A stretch of DNA of 52,529 nucleotides, from the NCBI GenBank assembly GCA_044229215.1, contig JBGATL010000001.1:1-52529 (forward strand), read 5' to 3'. The notes below the pieces were generated by a model. It was given only the letters and a program-made list of their open reading frames with translations, did no database searches and was not told the DNA's origin. The stretch is from Flavobacteriales bacterium (GTDB lineage: Bacteria; Bacteroidota; Bacteroidia; Flavobacteriales_F; PHOS-HE28). The position numbers and the translations under genes are program-made. Shown here piece after piece: positions 18,996-26,416 of this stretch; position 1 is the first letter of the stretch; every line of letters begins with the position of its first letter.

Positions 18996-19056
18996 CCGTA
19001 GGCCCCGCTACGCAACCTGTTCCGCGTATCGTCCTCCGAAAGGATCGCGGCGCATC
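18996..19056. repeat. 61-nt intergenic repeat, copy B
   Basis: ccgtaggccccgctacgcaacctgttccgcgtatcgtcctccgaaaggatcgcggcgcatc. 48 of 61 positions are identical to 11230..11290. It abuts the lemA stop codon. Confidence 0.6.
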
Positions 19057-19612
19057 ACGAGAACTTGACGGTGGGGTTCACCTTCTCGGTCGGGTTGTCC
19101 AACTCGAAGAACGCGGACTTAGCGAAGCCGAACATAGTGGCCACGATGTTGCTGGGGAAACTCTCGATAAGCGTGTTCTGCTCGCGCACGTTGCCCTTGT
19201 AATAGCGCCGCGCATTTTCCAGATCGCCCTCAATGGCCCCCACCTGCGCCTGCAATTCCACGAAGTTGGTATTGGCCTTCAGCTCCGGGTATTGCTCCGC
19301 CACAGCGATCGGGTTCATCAACGCGCCGTTCAGCTTCTTCTCCGCCGCCTCCTGGCCTTCCACGGTGGTGGCTCGCTGCGCCGCCGCCCGCGAGCGGGTC
19401 ACATTCTCGTAGGTCTCCTTCTCGTGTGCGGCGTAGCCCTTCACCGTCTCCACCAGTTTCGGGATCAGATCGCAGCGCTTTTTCAGTTGCACATCGATGC
19501 CGCTCCACGCTTCGACCACCAGGTTCTTCCACTTCACCAGCTTGTTGTAGACGGAGTTGCCTTAGAAGGCTGTGATCACAATGAGACCGACGAGGATGAG
19601 GAGAGGGATCAT
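19055..19612 (-). pseudogene. lemA: LemA family protein interrupted by an in-frame TAA at codon 17
   Basis: My reverse translation from the ATG at 19612 gives MIPLLILVGLIVITAF-TAA(19564-19562)-GNSVYNKLVKWKNLVVEAWSGIDVQLKKRCDLIPKLVETVKGYA... The TM anchor and the conserved LemA body are in the same frame, separated by one stop codon. The ORF track only recovers the body, from a GTG at 19537. Confidence 0.7.
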
Positions 19613-20120
19613 GGGGTGGTGGGCCAGGGACCGGATATAGAAGAGCGCTCCTTCCCATGGTACTGCAAGGGCACCGTAGCCCACCCTACCGCTGGTCAGA
19701 GGTTCAACCGCCGACCACAGAAGCGACTTGTCCGGTCTACACGCTGGAAACCGGTGGTCGATCAGCTGCCTCAGCTGCCAAGCGCTACTACCCATGGACA
19801 GGACCACCGACCCTCGACCCGCCGGAAACGCGGCCCGTTCCAGGGCGGCTCGGTGGCCTTTGGGTGATCACCGGTATCCTGTTGCGCGGCACGCTCTCCG
19901 AACAACGCGAATGAACCGAGTCGGCGAAAGTCTCCATCCATACCGTGGAGAAGGGCCTCCTTCGCGTTCGACGGCCATGCCAGTTGAGGATCGAGACTTT
20001 GCCACCGTGTTGAAGCAGGTCGGGGGCGATGGCATCAAGCACCATGAACCTACACATTGACCGAGGGCTTAAGCCCCCCCTTCTTCATCCCCTCCACGAT
20101 AGCCTAACCGGTCACCGGTG

Positions 20121-20138
20121 GAATGAGAAATATCATTC
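20121..20138. promoter_or_regulatory. ATGA-N6-TCAT palindrome (CRP/FNR-family-like box) upstream of the ModE-like gene
   Basis: gaATGAgaaataTCATtc is a perfect 6-N6-6 inverted repeat centred at 20129.5. GTTCTTTG (20159-20166) resembles the -7 element. Its last G is 36.5 nt from the box centre, versus 35.5 nt at the two nar boxes. Confidence 0.5.
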
Positions 20139-20190
20139 TCCGATCCGGGACGAATGTTGTTCTTTGCACTATGCTCACACGAGCATATCG

Positions 20191-20550
20191 ATGGCCAAAC
20201 GACCCGCCTTCCGCACCAAGTTCCGCCTGTGGATCTACGCTGGCGATGAAAAGCTCCTCGGGCCGGGTCGGGTGGAGATCATGGAGCGGATCCACCGCAC
20301 CGGCTCCATCCAGAAGGCCGCGCTGGAGATGGGCATGTCCTATCGCCAGGCCTGGAAGATGGTGACCGAGATCAACGAGCGTGCCGGGGAGCCGTACGTG
20401 GAGAAGCACCTCGGCGGCAAGGGCGGCGGTGGGGCCATGGTCACCGCGGCGGGCCTCAAGGCCATCAGGGCGTACAATGCCATGGAGAAGAAGCTCCAGG
20501 AGCAGATCGCCGCTGAGTTCAACAAGTCGGCCTTTGCCAAACCCGCCTGA
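20191..20550 (+). CDS. ModE-like winged-helix regulator (N-terminal DNA-binding domain only, no Mop domains)
   Basis: ORF 20029..20550 trimmed to the ATG at 20191 (MAKRPAFRTKFRLWIY). It closely parallels the E. coli ModE N-domain, including GSIQKAALEMGMSYRQAWKMVTEIN and the GGKGGGGA motif. It ends after ~119 aa. Confidence 0.8.
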   Translation: MAKRPAFRTKFRLWIYAGDEKLLGPGRVEIMERIHRTGSIQKAALEMGMSYRQAWKMVTEINERAGEPYVEKHLGGKGGGGAMVTAAGLKAIRAYNAMEKKLQEQIAAEFNKSAFAKPA

Positions 20551-20646
20551 ACCCTGATGGAACCGACCCGGATCCCTATTCTGCGCCAATCACTATTCAC
20601 CGTCAAGCATATTGCAAGACACTTCAACACAAGGACCGTTCCCACC

Positions 20647-22659
20647 ATGCGCCCCTCCCTCCTACTTGCCGCGCTTGCATCGACCACACTGCTGCACGCC
20701 CAACAACGCGACACCATACCCGCTACCCGAACGGACACAGCGGTCGCACGGATCTTCCAACTCGGCGAGGTGACCATTACGGCCATGCGCCCCGCTCCCG
20801 GCCAGGACCGCGTGACCGCCGCCACCATGGAAGCCCAGGCCCGCATGGACGTGGTGCAGGCCATGAACCTGCTGCCGGGGATCACGGCAACGTCCTTCGG
20901 GCGCCGCAACGAATCGATGGTCACCGTGCGTGGCTTCGACCTGCGGCAGGTGCCCGTGTACAGGGACGGCATCCCCGTGTACGTGCCCTATGACGGTTAC
21001 GTGGACCTGGGGCGCTTCACCACGGCGGACCTCGCGGCGGTGGACGTGTCGCGCGGATTCTCCTCCGTACTCTACGGACCCAACTCCTTGGGCGGCGCCA
21101 TCAATCTGGTCTCCCGCAGGCCGGAAAAGAAGTTCGAGTTCGACGGCGCCATCGGCTCCATCAACGACAACGGCTACCGCGCCAACCTCAACCTGGGCAC
21201 CAAGCAGAAGAAGTTCTTCGTGCAGGGCGGCTGGTCCTACCTGCACCGCGATGCCTTCATCCTTCCGCAGGGCTTCGCCCCCACACTCACAGAGAACGGT
21301 GGCCAGCGCGAGAATTCCTACCGCACCGATGGCAAGATCAACCTCAAGCTGGGCTGGACGCCCAACGCGGACCATGAGTACGTGCTGGGCTACATCAACC
21401 AGCAAGGCGCCAAGGGCAATCCGCCATACAGCGGCGCCGATGCACAGAACTCCATGCTGACCAAACCCCGCTACTGGCAATGGCCGCAATGGGACAAGGA
21501 GACGTACTACTTCCTTTCCAACACCCGCCTTTCCGCAAAGGACCGGCTGCGCGCCCGGCTGTACTACGACCGTTTCAAGAACGAGGTGGACAGCTATGAC
21601 AATGCCACCTACACCACGCAGAACAAGCCTTACGCTTTCCAGAGTTTCTATAACGACTACACGATCGGCGGTGGCATCGAGTACGCCACCACCTGGCTGC
21701 CCAAGCACGACCTGAAGGTGGCCCTGCAGTACAAGAGCGACGTACACCGCGAACACGACAAGGGCGAACCCGTGCAGCGTTTCGAGGACAACACCTTCAC
21801 CGCGGGGCTGGAGGACAGCTACCGGATCACGGAAAAGCTGCTGCTGATCCCCGGCGTGAGCTTCAGCACGCTGGACAATGCACGGGCCGAAGAGCTCGGC
21901 GAAGTGCCCAACACCGTGATGGACTACCCGGCAGCCGGTGCCATGCAAGCGTACAACGGCCAGATCGGCCTGTTCCACTACCTGAAGGGCGACCATCGGC
22001 TTGGGGCTTCCGTTTCTCACAAGACGCGCTTCGCCACCATCAAGGACCGCTATTCCTATCGCATGGGCACGGCGATCCCCAACCCCACACTGGACCCGGA
22101 GACCGCCCTGAACTACGAGGTGAACTACCAGGGGAAATTGTACACGAAGATCACCTTGTACGGCGCACTCTTCCTCAGCAGCATCACGGACGTGATCACC
22201 AGCGTGGACAACGTGGAGCCGGGCAAGTCGCAGATGCGGAACGCGGGCCGTGCGGAACACCGGGGCGTGGAGGCCGGCGTGCAGGTGGACATCCGGGAAA
22301 ACCTCTTGCTGGTGGCGAATTATACCTACATCGAGCGGCGCAACCTGTCCCATCCGGAGCTCCTGTTCACCGATGTGCCGAACACCAAGGTCTTCGGCTC
22401 CCTGCGCTACCGCCCCATGGAGCGAATGCAGCTGCTTGCCAGCGCCGAGCACAACTCCAGCCGATACAGCACCAGCTACGGCACCAGGACCGGCGACTTC
22501 ACCTTGGTGAACGCCTTTGTTTCGGGCCGGGTGTGGAAATACGCCAGCGTGGAACTCGGCGTGGACAACGTCTTCGACACCAACTACAGCCTGGTGGAGG
22601 GCTACCCCGGTGAAGGCCGCACCTTCCTGATCACCCTCCGCTTCTTCAACAACCATTGA
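20647..22659 (+). CDS. TonB-dependent receptor
   Basis: ORF 20557..22659 trimmed to the ATG at 20647 (MRPSLLLAALASTTLLHAQQ, signal peptide). Plug-domain motifs VTVRGFDLRQVPVYRDGIPVY and SVLYGPNSLGGAINLVSR. A long beta-barrel has alternating-hydrophobic strands to the C-terminus. Confidence 0.9.
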   Translation: MRPSLLLAALASTTLLHAQQRDTIPATRTDTAVARIFQLGEVTITAMRPAPGQDRVTAATMEAQARMDVVQAMNLLPGITATSFGRRNESMVTVRGFDLRQVPVYRDGIPVYVPYDGYVDLGRFTTADLAAVDVSRGFSSVLYGPNSLGGAINLVSRRPEKKFEFDGAIGSINDNGYRANLNLGTKQKKFFVQGGWSYLHRDAFILPQGFAPTLTENGGQRENSYRTDGKINLKLGWTPNADHEYVLGYINQQGAKGNPPYSGADAQNSMLTKPRYWQWPQWDKETYYFLSNTRLSAKDRLRARLYYDRFKNEVDSYDNATYTTQNKPYAFQSFYNDYTIGGGIEYATTWLPKHDLKVALQYKSDVHREHDKGEPVQRFEDNTFTAGLEDSYRITEKLLLIPGVSFSTLDNARAEELGEVPNTVMDYPAAGAMQAYNGQIGLFHYLKGDHRLGASVSHKTRFATIKDRYSYRMGTAIPNPTLDPETALNYEVNYQGKLYTKITLYGALFLSSITDVITSVDNVEPGKSQMRNAGRAEHRGVEAGVQVDIRENLLLVANYTYIERRNLSHPELLFTDVPNTKVFGSLRYRPMERMQLLASAEHNSSRYSTSYGTRTGDFTLVNAFVSGRVWKYASVELGVDNVFDTNYSLVEGYPGEGRTFLITLRFFNNH

Positions 22660-22676
22660 CCCCGCGCTCAACCACC

Positions 22677-23300
22677 ATGAGAACCCTTCCCACCGCCTTC
22701 GCCGCCCTTGCCGTAATGATCCTCTTCAACAGGTGTACCGGCCCAGCCGAACCGGGCACAGTGGCCGATCACACGCACGGCGACCACGCCACCGCCGCAA
22801 TGGACACCGCTAAAGGCCATGTCTGCACACCGCCCGTTTCCGCCGAGGACAGCGCCAAATACACCAGCAAACTACTGGCGGTGAGCGGCGACGTGGAGTT
22901 CCCGCTGACGCTGACGGTGGATTCCCTGAAGCGGATGAACGTGGCCACCATCGAGGACTTCACGGTTGTGTGCCAGAGCGGCGCGAACATGAAGCAGGAC
23001 AGCACGGCCAAGGGGGTGCTGCTGCGCGACATCCTGGAGAAGGCCAGGATCAAGCAGAGCGGGCACAAGGACCGCAACTTCTACATCGTGGCGCGCGCCA
23101 CCGACGGGTACAAGGCCACCTTCTCGTGGGCCGAACTCTTCAACAACCCCACGGGAGACAACGTGTACGTGCTCTTCGAGGAGAACGGCAGGCCCATCGT
23201 GGCGCAGGGCGACATGATCCTGATCTGCCGCAATGACATCAAGACCGGCCCGAGGCACGTGTACTGGCTCAATGCGATCGAGGTGCATCGGGTGGATTGA
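22677..23300 (+). CDS. Small lipoprotein with oxidoreductase molybdopterin-binding (sulfite-oxidase/YedY-like) domain
   Basis: ORF 22656..23300 (TTG) trimmed to the ATG at 22677. Lipobox LFNRC. His-rich linker DHTHGDHATAAMDTAKGH. The core matches the sulfite-oxidase-fold pattern around the Mo-ligand Cys (FTVVCQSGANMKQDSTAKGVLLRDILEKA), and DGYKATFSWAELF is typical of the fold. Confidence 0.65.
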   Translation: MRTLPTAFAALAVMILFNRCTGPAEPGTVADHTHGDHATAAMDTAKGHVCTPPVSAEDSAKYTSKLLAVSGDVEFPLTLTVDSLKRMNVATIEDFTVVCQSGANMKQDSTAKGVLLRDILEKARIKQSGHKDRNFYIVARATDGYKATFSWAELFNNPTGDNVYVLFEENGRPIVAQGDMILICRNDIKTGPRHVYWLNAIEVHRVD

Positions 23301-23355
23301 AGTGGGGCTGGTGCGTGCGGGATCGGCAGCTATCTTTAACCCAACCGCCAACGCC

Positions 23356-23778
23356 ATGGACACCCCGCTGCACGAAGCCTTCGATCACGGAAAGCGCATC
23401 AGCCCGAAGCTTCCAGAAGGCAAGAAGAACTTCCTGATCGACATCGACGGCACCATCTGCGAGGACATCCCCAACGAGGAGCCGGACCGCATGGCCACCG
23501 CCGCGATCTTCGAGGGAGCGTTGGAAACCTGCAACGGCTGGTACGACGAGGGTCATATCATCACCTTCTTCACCAGCCGCACCGAGGAACACCGCGCAGT
23601 GACCGCCGATTGGCTGGACCGCCACGGCTTCAAGTACCACGCCATCCTCTTCGGCAAACCTCGTGGTGGCAACTACCACTGGATCGATAACCACGTGGTG
23701 TGGGCCACCCTTTACGACGGAAAGTTCACCAACCTGGTGGAAGTGGACGGCAAGGTGCAGGCCTTCCGCAAGAGCTGA
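23356..23778 (+). CDS. HAD-superfamily phosphatase-like protein
   Basis: ORF 23233..23778 trimmed to the ATG at 23356 (MDTPLHEAF). HAD motif I is DIDGTI, motif II-like is FFTSR, and the Lys/Asp region is GKPRGGNYHWIDN. Confidence 0.6.
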   Translation: MDTPLHEAFDHGKRISPKLPEGKKNFLIDIDGTICEDIPNEEPDRMATAAIFEGALETCNGWYDEGHIITFFTSRTEEHRAVTADWLDRHGFKYHAILFGKPRGGNYHWIDNHVVWATLYDGKFTNLVEVDGKVQAFRKS

Positions 23779-23871
23779 GCCACACATGCACGGCTCTGAT
23801 CATCGGAAGGAGTACGAGTAGAACGGACGGTACCCACACATCGATGCAATGACCTGGTGACCCGTCAGGAC

Positions 23872-24135
23872 CTACTCACACCCCTCCATCTCCAGAATGA
23901 AATAGCCCTTGATGCGGATCTCCTCCGCCCAACGCGGCCGCAACTGCTCCACATGGCAGAACCGGCACTCCGCGGCCGTGAGCGGCTGGCCCTCCTGGCC
24001 TTTCGTGCGCAGGTAGTCCCGACCGTAGTTGTGGATCACCAGCGTATCGCGCTGTGTGCTCGGTGCAATGATGTCAAAGTGCATCACCGTGCCATCCTTC
24101 TTGGTCACGTAGGTATCCCAGACCGCTACTTCCAT
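23872..24135 (-). CDS. DUF2024 family protein
   Basis: This is the last 87 codons of ORF 23872..25197: MEVAVWDTYVTKKDGTVMHFDIIAPSTQRDTLVIHNYGRDYLRTKGQEGQPLTAAECRFCHVEQLRPRWAEEIRIKGYFILEMEGCE. That matches the ~88-aa DUF2024 family as I remember it, including the CRFCH motif. An A-rich leader precedes the ATG at 24135. Alternative in-frame starts at 24162 or 24240 would add a signal-peptide-like extension. Confidence 0.7.
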   Translation of the reverse strand: MEVAVWDTYVTKKDGTVMHFDIIAPSTQRDTLVIHNYGRDYLRTKGQEGQPLTAAECRFCHVEQLRPRWAEEIRIKGYFILEMEGCE

Positions 24136-24264
24136 TTTCGTTCCTGTTGTTGTTGATATCATGGCCCTTTGCGCACACGCCCTGTCCGGTGCGAACACCG
24201 TTGTCAGGAGCAGCGCGCATAAGGCAGTTCTCATCCGCATGGTACAATAGTACGTATTACTAAC

Positions 24265-24272
24265 TACATTTG
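24265..24272 (+). promoter_or_regulatory. Bacteroidota-type -7 promoter element TACATTTG for the protoglobin gene
   Basis: Exact TAnnTTTG match in an AT-rich patch, 22 nt upstream of the ATG at 24295. Confidence 0.5.
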
Positions 24273-24294
24273 CCCCACAAAACCCCACAATATC

Positions 24295-24861
24295 ATGAAA
24301 GGCTATGATTACGGGAGAACAGACCCCTCCCCGCTGACAATGAAGGACCTCGATGCGCTGAAGGCCACCGTACTCTTCGGGCCGGATGACGCGAAGTACC
24401 TGCGCATGGCCGGTGAGGTACTGCGCGAACAAACGGATGCCGTGCTCGACCTCTGGTACGGCTTTGTCGGCAGTCACCCGCACCTGGTTCAATATTTCAC
24501 GCACAACGGCGCACCGAACATGGAATACCTCGGCGCGGTACGTGCGCGGTTCGGGCAGTGGATCATGGACCTGTGCAACAAGCCCTACGACCAGGTGTGG
24601 CTCGACTATCAGCACGAGATCGCCCTGCGCCACCACAGCACAAAGAAGAACAGGACCGATGGCGTACAGGCCGTACCCATCATCCACATGCGCTATCTGG
24701 TGGCTTTCATCTTCCCGATCACATACACCATCAAGGGCTTCCTCGGGAACAAAGGCCACAGCGCCGCCGATGTGGAGAACATGTACGCCGCGTGGTTCAA
24801 AGCCGTGACCATGACCGCAACGCTCTGGTGTGAGCCCTATGTGAAGAACGGGGAGTTCTGA
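24295..24861 (+). CDS. Protoglobin-domain protein (single-domain haem sensor/globin)
   Basis: 188 aa. The protoglobin-typical N-terminus is LDALKATVLFGPDDAKYLRMAGEVLREQTDAVLDLWYGFV. The proximal-His region is HEIALRHH. No output domain is attached. Confidence 0.8.
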   Translation: MKGYDYGRTDPSPLTMKDLDALKATVLFGPDDAKYLRMAGEVLREQTDAVLDLWYGFVGSHPHLVQYFTHNGAPNMEYLGAVRARFGQWIMDLCNKPYDQVWLDYQHEIALRHHSTKKNRTDGVQAVPIIHMRYLVAFIFPITYTIKGFLGNKGHSAADVENMYAAWFKAVTMTATLWCEPYVKNGEF

Positions 24862-24876
24862 TCGGGGAGCGATATA

Positions 24877-25017
24877 CACCACAGAGGCACAGAGCGTGCA
24901 GCGATCGCTGCGGTACATCGCGGATGGGAGGATCCGCGCCGTGGTATACGCAGCCCATCGTACGTAGCCCTTTCGGAAGAGTGGGTTCTTCTCCGTGCCC
25001 TCTGTATCGCTGTGGTG
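24877..25017. repeat. Imperfect inverted-repeat element of the cacagaggcacagag type
   Basis: caccacag (24877-24884) pairs perfectly with ctgtggtg (25010-25017). aggcacagag (24885-24894) pairs imperfectly with ctccgtgccct (24991-25001). The core contains ccctttcgg and tacgcagc words resembling the other intergenic repeats. Confidence 0.4.
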
Positions 25018-25066
25018 AACCTGGAAAGCGCATTTCTGAGCACCATGGCGGTAATTTGCACCCGCG

Positions 25067-25678
25067 ATGAGCAAACGATCCAGACAGGCACTGCACCCTG
25101 CCATACAGGCCAACGATCGTGATGCACGCATCGTAGCAGCGTTGGAACGTCTGGGTGAAGTCCTGCGAAACCGGGCGTGGGATACGGGGGTGGCCATGGG
25201 CGTGAGCCCGCTGCACGTACAATTGTTAGGCTACCTGCACGCAAGGAGCGATGAGGGAACGCGCGCGGTGGACCTCGCGGCCCACTTCCATCTGTCCAAG
25301 CCCACCGTGAGTGTTGCCATACGATCGCTGGAAGAACACGGAGCGGTGTTGCAGACCACCTCCCGGACCGATGGCCGCGCCAAGGTGATCACACTGACGA
25401 AGAAAGGACATCGCATGGCCGAAGGCGCCGCAACGCATCTGGACGTCCTGTTGCCCCTGCTGGAACGGATCGCTGGTGACGAGCGGGATGCGCTGTACGC
25501 AAGCTTATTCAAGCTGCTTGATGCCGCGCGTGTCGCAGGGCTGGTGCGCGTGGACCGCATGTGTTCGACCTGTGAACACTTCAGTGAGCGGAATGGAAGA
25601 CCCTATTGTACATTGCTGCGAAAGCCACTTGGACCAGCGGACCTGCGGGTGGATTGCCCTGAGCACCAAGCGGCTTGA
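25067..25678 (+). CDS. MarR-family regulator with C-terminal four-cysteine tail
   Basis: 203 aa. The winged HTH is LAAHFHLSKPTVSVAIRSLEEHGAV...DGRAKVITLTKKG. An extra C-terminal ~40 aa carries C166-x2-C169-x11-C181-x15-C197 (CSTCEH...YC...DCPEH), encoded at 25562..25657. Confidence 0.8.
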   Translation: MSKRSRQALHPAIQANDRDARIVAALERLGEVLRNRAWDTGVAMGVSPLHVQLLGYLHARSDEGTRAVDLAAHFHLSKPTVSVAIRSLEEHGAVLQTTSRTDGRAKVITLTKKGHRMAEGAATHLDVLLPLLERIAGDERDALYASLFKLLDAARVAGLVRVDRMCSTCEHFSERNGRPYCTLLRKPLGPADLRVDCPEHQAA

Positions 25679-25702
25679 TCAGTTCGGGAAGGACAACGGT
25701 GA

Positions 25703-26389
25703 TCAGCATGAAAGATCACCCAGCCTGCATAGCTGGTCCATGTCGTTGATGCGCACCTTCTTGCGGTCCAAGGTGATCAGGCCCTTTTCCTGGAACTCGC
25801 TCAAGGTGCGAACCACCGATTCGTAGGTGCTGTTGGCCAGTGCGGCCAGCTCTTTGCGCGTGATGGTGTGGGCGAGCAGGGTCCTGTCCTTGGGGTCAAA
25901 GCCGAAGACATCCGCATTGATCCGCAGGGCCAAGGCCACACGGCCCTTCACGGTCATGCTCACCAAGTTCTTTCGCAGTTGCTCGGATCGTGCCATTTCC
26001 TCGGCCAGGAACAGGGTGAAGTGGTAACAGAACAATGCGTTCGCCCGGAGCATGTCCTCGAAGACGCGGATGGGAAGCATGTGGATGGTGGTGGGTGTCA
26101 AGGCCACGGCGGTCACTGGGAAGGTCCGATCCATGAGCAAACCGCGGTGCCCAAGCGCGAAGCCATCGCTGGCCAGGCGCAGGATCACCTCCACCTTCCG
26201 GGAGAAATTGGTGAACACTTTCACCCGCCCTTGGCCGATCATGTACATGTTCTCACATTTCTGACCCTCTTTGAAGATGGTCTCACCAGCCTTGAAAAGC
26301 AAGGTGGTCGTGTGCGAATAGGCCAACGCCTGCCACTCGGTGGTGCAGTCCGCATTGAAGAGTGCCAGTAAGTCCCCGTGTTCGGCCAT
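25703..26389 (-). CDS. Crp/Fnr-family transcriptional regulator (no FNR-type N-terminal Cys cluster)
   Basis: 228 aa. cNMP-binding-like beta-roll (IFKEGQKCENMYMIGQGRVKVF), then the C-terminal HTH (TRKELAALANSTYESVVRTLSEFQEKGLI). Only one N-terminal Cys, so it is not a 4Fe-4S FNR. It is the last gene of the nar operon strand. Confidence 0.88.
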   Translation of the reverse strand: MAEHGDLLALFNADCTTEWQALAYSHTTTLLFKAGETIFKEGQKCENMYMIGQGRVKVFTNFSRKVEVILRLASDGFALGHRGLLMDRTFPVTAVALTPTTIHMLPIRVFEDMLRANALFCYHFTLFLAEEMARSEQLRKNLVSMTVKGRVALALRINADVFGFDPKDRTLLAHTITRKELAALANSTYESVVRTLSEFQEKGLITLDRKKVRINDMDQLCRLGDLSC

Positions 26390-26416
26390 GCGGAGATCAG
26401 TGGAGCAGGACTGTGT

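Noticed and set aside
18681-19054. Possibility that the lemA-proximal gap holds a housekeeping RNA (SRP RNA, RNase P RNA, tmRNA or tRNA)
   Set aside because: I found no tRNA T-arm (GGTTCGAATCC-type), no tmRNA tag frame or CCA-proximal acceptor, no RNase P GGAAAGTCCGG-type P4 strand and no SRP GGAA/AGCA domain IV signature. Repeat elements explain the structure better.
19562-19564. Stop-codon reassignment (TAA read as sense) as the explanation for the lemA interruption
   Set aside because: TAA is used as a genuine terminator elsewhere in the window. For example, the MSEP-CTERM gene ends ...RSRRG-TAA at 15794-15796, exactly where the sorting signal must end. A recoded genome is therefore unlikely.
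20085-20160. Moco riboswitch upstream of the ModE-like / TonB-receptor genes
   Set aside because: cctccacgatagcct followed by two hairpins is vaguely reminiscent of the Moco motif. I cannot match the conserved core from memory. The central hairpin is better explained as a DNA operator, since it is identical in type to the nar and narK boxes. This stays unresolved until an RF01055 covariance-model scan is run.
20662-22671. 669-aa minus-strand ORF opposite the TonB-dependent receptor
   Set aside because: It is an antisense shadow frame. The plus-strand product has signal peptide, plug and barrel features, and the minus-strand product has none.
24154-24161. TGATATCA palindrome in the DUF2024/protoglobin divergent region as a fourth FNR-like box
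   Set aside because: The half-sites are adjacent with no N6 spacer, so the geometry does not match the ATGA-N6-TCAT sites. It also overlaps a possible alternative start codon of the DUF2024 gene.
24136-25197. Upstream 350 codons of the 441-aa ORF 23872..25197
   Set aside because: Only the last 87 codons match DUF2024. The rest runs antisense through the protoglobin gene and through the repeat element, producing the TEGTEK-like peptide. It is not a real N-terminal extension.
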